Assembly: GCA_002414865.1 (NCBI GenBank)
Contig: DIAQ01000108.1
Span: 471-60,993 of the forward strand
Length of the DNA: 60,523 nucleotides
Origin: a candidate division Hyd24-12 bacterium UBA5074
Lineage (GTDB): Bacteria > Fermentibacterota > Fermentibacteria > Fermentibacterales > Fermentibacteraceae
Reading direction: 5' to 3'
Shown here: positions 36,789-46,084 of the stretch, in pieces
How positions within the stretch are numbered: position 1 is the stretch's first letter
Layout of the letters: each line of letters opens with the position of its first letter
Program-made: the position numbers and the translations under genes
Notes under the pieces: model-generated
What the model saw: the letters and a program-made list of their open reading frames with translations, nothing else
Databases searched by the model: none
Told to the model about the DNA's origin: nothing

Positions 36789-38434
36789 GCCAGACGGCTT
36801 CGACGGAAGACATCCGACCCGAAAGGTCGGTTCTCGGCACCCCCGCGCAGGAGGGCAGGCGCGTGGCGAAGGCCGCGGGCCTCATGGGCGTCCTCACGGT
36901 GACCAGCCGGCTCCTCGGGCTCGCGAGGGACATGGCGCAGGCTGCGATACTCGGCACCGGAATGGCGGCCGACGCCTTCACTCTGGCCTTCATCATCCCG
37001 AACACGCTCAGGCGGCTCTTCGGTGAATCGACCGTCAGCGCTGCATTCGTGCCCACCTACACGAGCTCGCTCGTCTCCGGCGACAGGGAGAGGGCTTCCC
37101 GGCTGGGCTCGGGGGCCATCAACATCACAGCCCTTGCCCTTGCCGTGCTGACAGGGCTGGGCATGCTCCTGGCTCCTCTTCTCGTGCAGGTCTTCGCTCC
37201 CGGATTCTCGTCGGTTCCAGGCAAGATCGAGCTGTCCGCGGGTCTCCTGCGCCTGCTGTTCCCCTACATCCTCTTCGTGGGCACGGGTGCCGTCATGATG
37301 GGCATCTTGAACAGCCAGAGGCACTTCTTCACGCCGTCGCTGGGACCCGTCCTCTTCAACCTCGCAGCCCTCGCGGGCCTGTTCCTGCTGGCCAGGGCAT
37401 GGAGGCCGGAGGCGCCTGTCTGGGGCTATTCCGCGGGCGTCCTCGCCGGAGGCGTCATGCAGTTCCTGGTGCTCGTCCCCGCGCTCGGGAGGAAGGGCTT
37501 CAGGTTCAGCGCGACCCTCGGCAGAGGGGACCGCGAGCTCGCCGGCGTCGGGAAGCTGGCGCTGCCCGCCCTCTTCGGCCTCATGGTGGCCGAGGTGAAC
37601 GTCATGGTCGACCAGGTGATGGCATCGCTTCTCGAGCCGGGCAGCGTGGCTGCGCTGTCATACGGCAACAGGATCATGCAGTTCCCCCTGGGCGTGTTCG
37701 CCGTGGCGCTCGCGACGGCGCTCCTGCCCACACTGAGCAGGCAGGCCGCGCTCGGGCGCATCGAGGAGGCCAGGCTGACGCTGGATTACTCGACTCTTGC
37801 GCTCTCGCTGCTGATGCTTCCGGCGACGATCTTCATCTCGGTGCTCGGGCGCCAGACGGTGCTCGTCCTGATGGCCCGCGGTGCGTTCTCGCCCGATTCG
37901 GTCGATCTGACGACGGCGGCCCTGGTCTTCTTCTCGCTCGGGCTCGTGTTCTACGGCGCGATCAAGATAACGGCCCCCGTGTTCTACGCCATGAAGGACA
38001 CCTCGACGCCGGTGAGAGTCGGCATGTCCTGCATGGGCATCAACATAGCCCTGGTGATCGTGCTCGCCTGGTCCTTCATGAAGACGGGCATCGCGAGGCC
38101 CATTGCAGGCATCGCCCTGGCGAGCAGCATCTCGTCGGCGCTGAACGTGGTGATCCTCAGAATCATACTGGCGAAGCGCCTGGGCCCCGCGCGCGGGGCG
38201 CCCCGCGCCGCGTGGATCGCAATGCTGCCTGCTTCCATCGCCTCCTGTGCCTCGATGCTGCTTCTCGAGCCCTGGATTTCAGGCCTCTGCGAGTCCTCGA
38301 GGCTGCAGGCGGGACTCGCGCTCTGCGCGGCCGGAGTCCTCTGCTACGTGGTGCTCTTCGCCGTCTTCATGCTCACCGGGGGCCGCGCAGCTGCGTCGGC
38401 CCTGAGGTTCGTCAGGAGCCGTGGCTCGATCTGA
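36785..38434 (+). CDS. murJ: Lipid II flippase MurJ (MviN)
   Basis: TSRLLGLARD, ADAF, PNTLRRLFGE, LEPGSVAALSYGNRIMQFPLGVF, FYAMKDT. Confidence 0.95.
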   Translation: MSQTASTEDIRPERSVLGTPAQEGRRVAKAAGLMGVLTVTSRLLGLARDMAQAAILGTGMAADAFTLAFIIPNTLRRLFGESTVSAAFVPTYTSSLVSGDRERASRLGSGAINITALALAVLTGLGMLLAPLLVQVFAPGFSSVPGKIELSAGLLRLLFPYILFVGTGAVMMGILNSQRHFFTPSLGPVLFNLAALAGLFLLARAWRPEAPVWGYSAGVLAGGVMQFLVLVPALGRKGFRFSATLGRGDRELAGVGKLALPALFGLMVAEVNVMVDQVMASLLEPGSVAALSYGNRIMQFPLGVFAVALATALLPTLSRQAALGRIEEARLTLDYSTLALSLLMLPATIFISVLGRQTVLVLMARGAFSPDSVDLTTAALVFFSLGLVFYGAIKITAPVFYAMKDTSTPVRVGMSCMGINIALVIVLAWSFMKTGIARPIAGIALASSISSALNVVILRIILAKRLGPARGAPRAAWIAMLPASIASCASMLLLEPWISGLCESSRLQAGLALCAAGVLCYVVLFAVFMLTGGRAAASALRFVRSRGSI

Positions 38435-40241
38435 GCTCGAGGCTTCCGTGAAGGCGTCGCCCCACCTGCCGGGCGTCTACAGGTTCCTCGATTCCTCGTG
38501 CGGAATCCTCTACATCGGAAAGGCTCTGGACATCCAGAAGAGGCTCCGGGGGCATCTCTCGAATCCCGGAGACAGGCGCCACCAGCTTCTCCTCTCACGA
38601 GCCTGCGCCGTCGACTGGACCGTGACGCGCTCGGAGGTGGAGGCGCTCGTCCTCGAGGCCGACCTCATCAGGATGCACAAGCCGCCACTCAATGTGATGC
38701 TGCGGCAGGACTCGCGCTATCCTTTCCTGGAGCTGACGGTCTCGGAGGAGTACCCCAGGCTGCTGGTGACGAGGAAGGCCGATTCCGGCGACGGCTCGCT
38801 CCGCTTCGGGCCCTACCCCGACGCGAAGAACCTGCGCGCCCTCGTCGATTTCCTGCAGGAGGCATTCCCGCTGCGGAGGTGCCGGACGCCGGCCGCCGGA
38901 CAGTGGGGGAGGAACTGCGTGCTGGCGCAGATGGGGAAGTGCCCCGCGCCGTGCAGGGGGGGAGGCCGCGAGGTCTACGACGCCAACGTCGCCACGATAG
39001 GGAGGATGCTCCAGGGGGACTGGGAGAGCGCCAGGGCGGGCATCGAGACGAGGATGCACGATGCTTCGGCCGCTCTGCGGTTCGAGGAGGCGGTCCGCTG
39101 GAGGGACCTCCTGGCCAGGCTGGAGAGCTTCGGCTGGCCGGCCCCGGACACGGTGAAGGACCGGGCGGCGAGGGACATCGTCGCGGTGAGGGAGAACTGG
39201 GGGATCGTTCTCCAGATGCGCTCCGGCAGGTTCGTCGGGGTCGTGAGACTTCCCTTCGAGAGCAGGTGGGGCCTGGCCGACGAGGCCGAGCGCATGGCAG
39301 TCCTTCTGAGGGGCTATTACGCCGAGACTGGTGACATCCCGCACGAAGTGCTCGTATCTGTCGAGCCGGCCGATCCGGAGGCCCTCCGGGACTGGCTCAG
39401 GCAGCGCAGGGGCTCCGCGGTGGATCTGAAGGCGCCCTCCAGAGGCGCTTCGAAGGAACTCGTCTCGCTCGCTCTCAGGGACCTGGAGCACTTCCTGGCG
39501 AGGCTGGAGTGGCGCCGCCCGGCAGGCGGGGAGGCCAGGAGGAAGGCAGCCCTGGAGGGCCTGGCAGACCTGCTCGGACTGCCGCGCCCGCCTGCCTGGA
39601 TGGTCGCTCTCGACGCTTCGACCATACAGGGTTCCTTCCCGGTGGCCGCGCTCGTGAGCTTCCGGGACGGCGTACCGGACAAGTCCGGCTACAGGCGCTT
39701 CTCCATGGCCTCCGAGATCGGCAGGAACGACCCGGCGATGATCCGCGACGCCGTGACCAGGTTCGTGTCCCACCTCGAAGACGAGGCGCCGGACCTCTTC
39801 CTGATAGACGGGGGGCAGACCCAGCACAGGGCGGCCCTCGCGGCAGGGGAGCCCCTGAAGGGCCGGACCCTTTTCGTGTCGATCGCCAAGAGGGAGGAGA
39901 CGCTCCTGGCGGGGGCGGAGGAGCGCGTGGTCAGCATCCCGCGGGACTCAGCCCCGCTCCTGGTCCTGAGGGCGATGCGGGACGAGGCGCACAGATTCGT
40001 GCTCCACTATCACAGGGACAGCAGGTCCCGCGGTGAGATAAGGTCGCAGGTCGACGAGATACCAGGCATCGGGCCGTGGCTCAGAGGGGTGCTCCTGAGG
40101 CACTTCGGGAGCGTGGACAGGCTGAAGGCCGCCTCCGTGGAGGACATGGTCCAGGTGCCCGGCATCGGGAGAGCGCGTGCGGCCCAGATCAGGAGGTTCT
40201 TCGATGAGTACGACGAAGGCGGGCAGGTTCGGGAGGACTGA
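38421..40241 (+). CDS. uvrC: Excinuclease ABC subunit C
   Basis: PGVYRF...LYIGKA GIY-YIG, GPYP, CVLAQMGKCPAPC, LRFEEAVRWRD, LIDGG, RDEAHRF, C-terminal HhH IPGIG. Confidence 0.95.
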   Translation: MARSELEASVKASPHLPGVYRFLDSSCGILYIGKALDIQKRLRGHLSNPGDRRHQLLLSRACAVDWTVTRSEVEALVLEADLIRMHKPPLNVMLRQDSRYPFLELTVSEEYPRLLVTRKADSGDGSLRFGPYPDAKNLRALVDFLQEAFPLRRCRTPAAGQWGRNCVLAQMGKCPAPCRGGGREVYDANVATIGRMLQGDWESARAGIETRMHDASAALRFEEAVRWRDLLARLESFGWPAPDTVKDRAARDIVAVRENWGIVLQMRSGRFVGVVRLPFESRWGLADEAERMAVLLRGYYAETGDIPHEVLVSVEPADPEALRDWLRQRRGSAVDLKAPSRGASKELVSLALRDLEHFLARLEWRRPAGGEARRKAALEGLADLLGLPRPPAWMVALDASTIQGSFPVAALVSFRDGVPDKSGYRRFSMASEIGRNDPAMIRDAVTRFVSHLEDEAPDLFLIDGGQTQHRAALAAGEPLKGRTLFVSIAKREETLLAGAEERVVSIPRDSAPLLVLRAMRDEAHRFVLHYHRDSRSRGEIRSQVDEIPGIGPWLRGVLLRHFGSVDRLKAASVEDMVQVPGIGRARAAQIRRFFDEYDEGGQVRED

Positions 40242-40596
40242 TCTCGATCTGCACAGGGACGACAGGGGCTGGGTGGTCAACCCCTTCGACGACGTTCCCG
40301 CAGGCGCGCGGGCCACTAACTGCCACATCATCTCGATCGAGCCCGGCCGCGTCCGCGGCAGGCATGTCCACCCGGGCAGGGACGAGCACTTCATAGCCCT
40401 CGCCGGGGATATAACCGTGTGCGACCTCGAGACCGGATTCGAGACGGTCATCAGCGGCTCCGAGCCGGTGCTCCTGGTCGTTCCCAGGGGGGTTCCCCAT
40501 TCTTTCGAGAACCGCGGGGACTCCGTTGCCGTGGCGATCTGCTTCAGCGCCGTCATCGCCGATCCCACCCTGCAGGACACGATCAGGATCTGCTGA
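40204..40596 (+). CDS. Cupin (RmlC/WxcM-like sugar-nucleotide isomerase family)
   Basis: HRDDRG, PGRVRGRHVH, EHF, VPRGVPHSFEN cupin motifs. Confidence 0.75.
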   Translation: MSTTKAGRFGRTDLDLHRDDRGWVVNPFDDVPAGARATNCHIISIEPGRVRGRHVHPGRDEHFIALAGDITVCDLETGFETVISGSEPVLLVVPRGVPHSFENRGDSVAVAICFSAVIADPTLQDTIRIC

Positions 40597-40623
40597 GGAG
40601 GGGGTCTCCCGCCCGCCCCGCCC

Positions 40624-40652
40624 TTGCCCTCGCGGCATTTCTGCGTTAACAT
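40624..40652 (+). promoter_or_regulatory. Putative sigma70 promoter for the mutL operon
   Basis: TTGCCC-N17-TAACAT. Confidence 0.55.
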
Positions 40653-40688
40653 CTCCCGGGAGGATCGGATGATCCTCCGGACGGAGCG

Positions 40689-42347
40689 ATGATGCAGAAG
40701 ATCAGGATACTGCCGGACGAGATGGTCAACCTCATCGCCGCGGGCGAGGTGGTGGAGAGGCCGGCCTCCGTCGCCAAGGAGCTCCTCGAGAACTCCATCG
40801 ATGCCGGCGCCTCCGCCGTGGAGATAGAGGCCGAGCTGGGCGGGAAGCGGTCGATCACGGTGAGGGACGACGGCTGCGGCATGTCCCGCCAGGACCTCCT
40901 CATGTCGGTGCAGAGGCACGCGACGAGCAAGCTCGACAAGCCTTCGCAGCTCTCCGCGATCGAGTCTCTGGGGTTCAGGGGCGAAGCCCTGCCGAGCATT
41001 GCCGCCGTGTCGCGGATGACCATTCTGACATGTGATGGCGAAGGTGAAGCCTGCAGGCTGGAGATCGAGGGAGGGGTCATGCGCGATCTCTCTCCCGCGG
41101 CCAGGACCCGGGGGACCACCGTCACGGTCACCAGCCTGTTCTTCAACCAGCCCGCAAGGAGGAAATTCCTCAGGTCGGAGGAGACCGAGCTGTCCTGGAT
41201 GGAACGGCATGTCACCGCGCTGGCGTTCGCCCACTGCAGCATTTCAGTGCGCTTCGTCCACGGAGGAGCCGTGCTGTTCGACCTGCCGGCCTCGTCGCTG
41301 GAGGAGCGGCTCCGCCGGAGGTTCCAGCTCGGCGACTCCGAGGCTGTGCTCTCGGCAGCCGCCGTCGACGGAGGAACCGCTGCCGAGCTGCTGGTCTGCC
41401 CCGACAGGAGATACGCGGGGAGGACGCACGGCTACTGCACCGTCAACGGGAGGCCCGTGAACTCCAGGGCTGTCATGGCGCCTGTCGAGGCAGCCTTCTC
41501 CGGACCCGCGGGGCATGCCCTGGGCATATGCCGAGTATCGCTCCCTCGGTCGGAGCTCGATGTGAACGTCCATCCCGCAAAGCTGGAGGTCAGGTTCAGG
41601 AATCCTTCACTCGTGTCCAGCGTCGTGGAGGAGGCGTGCAGGACAGCCTCAGGAGGCAGGAGGGCGGCTCTCGCAGCCGGGTCGGCCTTTCAGTATCAGG
41701 CCGCTCAGCCATCCCGGCAGCCTGCGGCCGAAGCTGTCCAGGCTGCGCTCGACCTGATGGCCCCGACAGCCGTCCAGAGCCCGCAGACGGGATACGCCCA
41801 TGTGCTCCAGGCAGGGAGGAGCTACCTGGTGGCCTCCGTGCAGGGCGGCATAGTCGTGGTCGACCAGCATGCGGCGCACGAGAGGATCCTCTTCGAAGCC
41901 CTGGCCAGGAGACTGGAGGCGGAAGGCGAGGCCCCGAGCCAGCGGCTGCTGCTGCCGGAGACGATCGAGCTCGACCGCCGGTCGGAAGCGTCCCTCAGGG
42001 AGTACGACAGCGTGATCTCCCGCGCAGGCTTCGAGTTCTCGATCTCGGGCGGGACGCTCACGCTGACCGCTGTCCCCGAGGGCGTCAGCCATGCCGTGGA
42101 ATCCCTCCTCGAAGTCCTCGCCTCTCTGAACGACCCGGTCCACGCGGCCCTGCCGCCGCTCGAGCAGATTGCCGCCGCAGCGGCATGTGCTGGAGCCGTG
42201 AAATTCGGGGACGCCCTCTCGCCCGCAGAGGCGCACGCTCTCCTGGAAGCGCTCTTCTCCACCGCCGAGCCGTTCCGCTGCCCCCATGGCAGACCAACTC
42301 TCGTCGAGATCTCCTTCGACGAGCTGTCACGGAGGTTCGGGAGGTGA
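40689..42347 (+). CDS. mutL: DNA mismatch repair endonuclease MutL
   Basis: IAAGEVVERPASVAKELLENSIDAG, DDGCG, HATSK, LGFRGEAL, DVNVHPAK, DQHAAHERILFE, CPHGRP. Confidence 0.97.
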   Translation: MMQKIRILPDEMVNLIAAGEVVERPASVAKELLENSIDAGASAVEIEAELGGKRSITVRDDGCGMSRQDLLMSVQRHATSKLDKPSQLSAIESLGFRGEALPSIAAVSRMTILTCDGEGEACRLEIEGGVMRDLSPAARTRGTTVTVTSLFFNQPARRKFLRSEETELSWMERHVTALAFAHCSISVRFVHGGAVLFDLPASSLEERLRRRFQLGDSEAVLSAAAVDGGTAAELLVCPDRRYAGRTHGYCTVNGRPVNSRAVMAPVEAAFSGPAGHALGICRVSLPRSELDVNVHPAKLEVRFRNPSLVSSVVEEACRTASGGRRAALAAGSAFQYQAAQPSRQPAAEAVQAALDLMAPTAVQSPQTGYAHVLQAGRSYLVASVQGGIVVVDQHAAHERILFEALARRLEAEGEAPSQRLLLPETIELDRRSEASLREYDSVISRAGFEFSISGGTLTLTAVPEGVSHAVESLLEVLASLNDPVHAALPPLEQIAAAAACAGAVKFGDALSPAEAHALLEALFSTAEPFRCPHGRPTLVEISFDELSRRFGR

Positions 42348-43249
42348 GCGGCGGAGGGATTCTGGTGATCACGGGCTGCACCGCGTCGGGCAAGACGGCC
42401 GCCCTCGAGATCCTGGCCTCCCGCCTCGACCTGGAAGTGGTGAGCGCAGATTCGAGGCAGATCTACAGGGGGATGGACATAGGCACGGCCAAGCCCTCGA
42501 GGGATCTCCTGGGGCGCGTGCCCCACCATGTCCTGGACATCATGGACCCAGACGGCGTCTACTCCGCGGGCCGGTTCGCGGAGGATGCCGCCTCGGCGAT
42601 AGAGAGCGTGAGAGCCCGGGGCAGGACGCCGCTGGTCGTCGGCGGCACGGTCCTGTATCTGCTCGCACTCCTGGGGGGGCTGGACGATCTGCCCCGCGCC
42701 CATCCCGCAGCGAGGAGGGTGCTTCTCGACATGGAATCCTCGGACCCCGGCTGCCTGCTCAGGATGCTCGCGCGGCTCGACCCGGTCTCGGCGGTCAGGC
42801 TGGGTTCCAGGGACCTCGTGAGGATCCTGAGAGCCCTCGAGATAAGCCTGGTGGCCGGAATGCCCGCTTCGACCCTGCGAAAGGGGGGCTCCGGAGGCGT
42901 CAGGAGCAGGATCCTCGTCCTGGACCCCGGACCTGCGGAGCTGCGCAGGCGGATCTCGGCGCGGACGGGCCTTATGCTCGAACAGGGGCTCGTGGAGGAG
43001 ACGCGGACGCTACTCGAAGCGGGGTTCGGCAGGAGGAGCGCCCCCGGGAGCACGCTGGGCTACGACAGGGTGCTGGACATGCTCGAAGGAACCCTGGATG
43101 CAACGGAACTCCAGGACAGGATAGAGGCTGATACGTGGAGGTTTGCCAGGAGGCAGCGGAACATGATGCGCAGGCTGGGCCCGGTCTCCACCTGGGACGG
43201 GCTCGACGCCGGGCCGGTTCTGGCCGCCCTCGCCGAACTGGAGGAATGA
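42344..43249 (+). CDS. miaA: tRNA dimethylallyltransferase
   Basis: ITGCTASGKT, VSADSRQIYRGMDIGTAKP, VGGTVLY, TLGY, FARRQ. Confidence 0.95.
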   Translation: MSGGGILVITGCTASGKTAALEILASRLDLEVVSADSRQIYRGMDIGTAKPSRDLLGRVPHHVLDIMDPDGVYSAGRFAEDAASAIESVRARGRTPLVVGGTVLYLLALLGGLDDLPRAHPAARRVLLDMESSDPGCLLRMLARLDPVSAVRLGSRDLVRILRALEISLVAGMPASTLRKGGSGGVRSRILVLDPGPAELRRRISARTGLMLEQGLVEETRTLLEAGFGRRSAPGSTLGYDRVLDMLEGTLDATELQDRIEADTWRFARRQRNMMRRLGPVSTWDGLDAGPVLAALAELEE

Positions 43250-43250
43250 G

Positions 43251-44498
43251 ATGCAGAAGAGCACCGAGTCGGTCACAGAGCATCTTCCCCTCGAGGAGAT
43301 AAGGGTGACATCGATCAGCTGCCTCGACCCCCCGGTGGAGTGGGAGGGGGAGGCCGAGGACGGCGAGCCGCCCCTCCCGCCGGTGCTGGTGGAGGAGGAC
43401 GACCGCTACTCGCTTCTGGTTCATCACCGGACCGTCTGGAGCGCCAGGGCGTCGTCGAAGCTGGCCGTGCGCTCGCTCGTGGTCAGGAGCGCGGTCCACA
43501 TACCCATCGCCCACAAGACGGTCAGGAACTGCCTCGAGGAGGCCCTTCTCTTCGATGGGCTGCTCAGGACCGGCATTGTCCCGAACAGGAGCCGGCTGGC
43601 TGAGATGCTCGGATTCTCGAGGGCACGCATCACTCAGGTCCTCAACATCCTGAAGCTGCCTCTCGCGATCCGGCAGAGGCTCCTCCTGGCCGACCACGTG
43701 AGCGAATTCCAGCTCCGTCCACTGGTCAAGCTCGACGACGAGAAAAGGCAGCTCTCCGCCTTCTCCAGGCTGATGGTCGACAAGCTCACAGGCAGGCAGA
43801 TGGCCCTTTTCGCCGCCTCGGAGGAAGCCGGCGGGGAGCCCGCCGGAGAGCTCTCGGACATCGAGCGCATCATGGCCGCCCCTGTGGAGGGGCATTCCGC
43901 GGCACCTGCCGAACCTGCCTCCTCCGCAGCGCCCGAGGATGTCATGCCGGCGAGGGAGGCCAGGGAGCCGAAGGAGCCGGAAGCCCGGATCGAGGCGCCC
44001 CACGCCCCCCAGCCCCGTCCCCAGCCTCCCCAGCCACAGGTGGATGTGGCGGCCTCCGTCGTCGCTCAGAGACAGTCCTATTCAAGGGTGAAGCAGCTCC
44101 TGGAGTCTCTGGGCACCCTGCGGGAGGCCGACTGGCAGGAGGCCGCCGCGAGGCTCAAGGCCACCAGGGAGGAGATGATCCTCATGGAGGGCCTTTCCCT
44201 GCTGAGAAAGGGGTTGTACGAGAGGGCCGTGGAGACGCTTCTGAGGTGCGTCAACCTGGTTCCCGACAACGCCTCCGCCTATTACTACATCGGACGGTGC
44301 TACAACCTCCTGGAGGAGCCCGGGAGGGCGGAGGAGCACCTCAGGAAAGCCTGCGAGATCATCCCGGACGATCCCGAGTTCCTCTCCGAGCTGGCCATAG
44401 TCCTGGAGAAGCAGAACCGCCAGTCCGAAGCCGCCAGCTTCTATCGGAAGGCCGGTGCCCTTCGTAAATCCGCAAATGCCAAGCCGAGGCGCACATGA
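43251..44498 (+). CDS. ParB/Spo0J-like HTH protein with degenerate N-terminal domain and C-terminal TPRs
   Basis: LEEALLF...LAEMLGFSRARITQVLNILKLP (ParB HTH core); Pro/Glu linker; TPRs ASAYYYIGRCY and PEFLSELAIV. Confidence 0.75.
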   Translation: MQKSTESVTEHLPLEEIRVTSISCLDPPVEWEGEAEDGEPPLPPVLVEEDDRYSLLVHHRTVWSARASSKLAVRSLVVRSAVHIPIAHKTVRNCLEEALLFDGLLRTGIVPNRSRLAEMLGFSRARITQVLNILKLPLAIRQRLLLADHVSEFQLRPLVKLDDEKRQLSAFSRLMVDKLTGRQMALFAASEEAGGEPAGELSDIERIMAAPVEGHSAAPAEPASSAAPEDVMPAREAREPKEPEARIEAPHAPQPRPQPPQPQVDVAASVVAQRQSYSRVKQLLESLGTLREADWQEAAARLKATREEMILMEGLSLLRKGLYERAVETLLRCVNLVPDNASAYYYIGRCYNLLEEPGRAEEHLRKACEIIPDDPEFLSELAIVLEKQNRQSEAASFYRKAGALRKSANAKPRRT

Positions 44499-46084
44499 AG
44501 TGCCGCCGTGCACTCCTCGCCTCAGCGGTCCTGCTGGCGGGAGCGTCCTGTGCGAGGATGGCCTCGCCTGACGGCGGCCCCCCTGACGAGACGCCCCCTG
44601 CCATCCTGTCCGTGAGCCCCGAGCCGGGGGCCGGCCTGCCCGGGCTGGACGAGATCAGCATCATCTGGGACGAGCGCCTCGAGGAGGCCTCGGTCGAGGT
44701 GTCGCTCTACCCTCCCATGGGCAGCAGGCTGGCGATCGAAGGCAGGAAGATCACCGTGAAGCTCGACCAGCCCATCGGCGGTGCGTGCCTGGTCCTCCAT
44801 CTGCCCGGCACTCTCTCGGACCTGCGGGGCAACGAGACCGGAGCGCCCGTGGATCTCGCCTGGGCAGGAGGGGACAGCTTCCCGGAATCCGCCGTCACGA
44901 TGACCTTTCAGCGCCAGGGAGGCGGGGTTCCCGGATCGAGGATCATCGCCGACATACTCGGTCCGGGAGGGCTGCTGGAGAGGAGGACCTCCGCGGACAC
45001 GTCCTTCGCAGCGGTGGCGGGATGGCTCGAGCCCGGGGAGTACCGCCTCGTGTGCTACGAAGACCCCGACTTCAGCTTCAGCTGGGAGCCCTCCGTCGAG
45101 GCCGGGCTGGACACTCTGGTGAGCCTCCGGTCGAGAGACACGCTGGAGCTGGCTCTCACTCTCTCGGTGATCGACACCATCGGCCCTCTGCTCTCGTCCG
45201 CGGACAGGCTGGGCCCCCATCTCGCAAGGCTCTCTTTCAACGAGCAGATCGAGCTTCCGGAGCAGTCGTCGACCGCCTTTTCCCTGGAGGATTCGACCGG
45301 GGCGGCTGTGCCGGTGCTGGGAACGTGGATGGCTCTCACCCGGGAGCAGAGATCAGTGGAGCTCGCCTTCGCCGGAGATCCGGCGCCGCCTCTCTCGGTC
45401 CGGGTCGAGTCCGTCCGAGACATGGTCGGGAACCGGTCGGCCGGAGATTCCCTCGAGGTCGAGGAGCCCGACAGCCTCCGCTCGGATTCCCTCGCGATCA
45501 GGAGCTTCTTCCCCGCCCCCGGAGCCGAGGGCGTATCCCCTTCGGGCCCGTATTCCATCGGCTTCTCGGGTTACGTGGACCCGGACTCGCTCTCCAGCCG
45601 CCTCTCGGTCGTGAGGATTTCCGATGGATCGACCACGCCGGGCGTCATCGAGAGGGAGGATGGCAGGACATTCCTGTTCACCCCCGAGCACGAGCTGATG
45701 GGCGAGGAGCAGTACAGGATCCAGCTGGACAGCGGCCTCGTGAGCCTGGACGGCGACAGCCTGGGCTCCTTCGCATGGACCTTCGTGCCCGCATGGGGAG
45801 CAGAGCCTGGGTCGATCTCGGGCTTCGCGCGAGGAGCCTCCGCGATGACGCTGGAGATAGCCCCCGCAGGCAGCTCCGGGACGCCCATCATGTTCGGCGT
45901 GTCCGGCGGGCGCTACGAGGTCGGACCCATCCCTGCAGGGAGGTATACGGTCGTCGCATACTGCGACTCGAACGGGAACGGTGTGTGGGATGGCTTCGGC
46001 GAGCCATACGGTGCCGCCCCCGGCGTCATACAGGTTCGCCCGGGAGTGGTCACCGAAGGGGTGGACATTGAGATTCTCCCCTGA
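44495..46084 (+). CDS. Ig-like (Big_5-type) domain lipoprotein
   Basis: Lipobox GASC; CARMASPDGGPPDETPP motif typical of FCB Ig-like lipoproteins; repeated PAPGAEGV and DLRGN/DMVGN beta domains. Confidence 0.75.
   Translation: MKCRRALLASAVLLAGASCARMASPDGGPPDETPPAILSVSPEPGAGLPGLDEISIIWDERLEEASVEVSLYPPMGSRLAIEGRKITVKLDQPIGGACLVLHLPGTLSDLRGNETGAPVDLAWAGGDSFPESAVTMTFQRQGGGVPGSRIIADILGPGGLLERRTSADTSFAAVAGWLEPGEYRLVCYEDPDFSFSWEPSVEAGLDTLVSLRSRDTLELALTLSVIDTIGPLLSSADRLGPHLARLSFNEQIELPEQSSTAFSLEDSTGAAVPVLGTWMALTREQRSVELAFAGDPAPPLSVRVESVRDMVGNRSAGDSLEVEEPDSLRSDSLAIRSFFPAPGAEGVSPSGPYSIGFSGYVDPDSLSSRLSVVRISDGSTTPGVIEREDGRTFLFTPEHELMGEEQYRIQLDSGLVSLDGDSLGSFAWTFVPAWGAEPGSISGFARGASAMTLEIAPAGSSGTPIMFGVSGGRYEVGPIPAGRYTVVAYCDSNGNGVWDGFGEPYGAAPGVIQVRPGVVTEGVDIEILP

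Noticed and set aside
43900-44045. Short imperfect repeats (GAGCCG, CCCCAGCC) that might suggest a VNTR or CRISPR
   Set aside because: Low-complexity Pro/Glu/Gln linker coding; no constant repeat-spacer periodicity.
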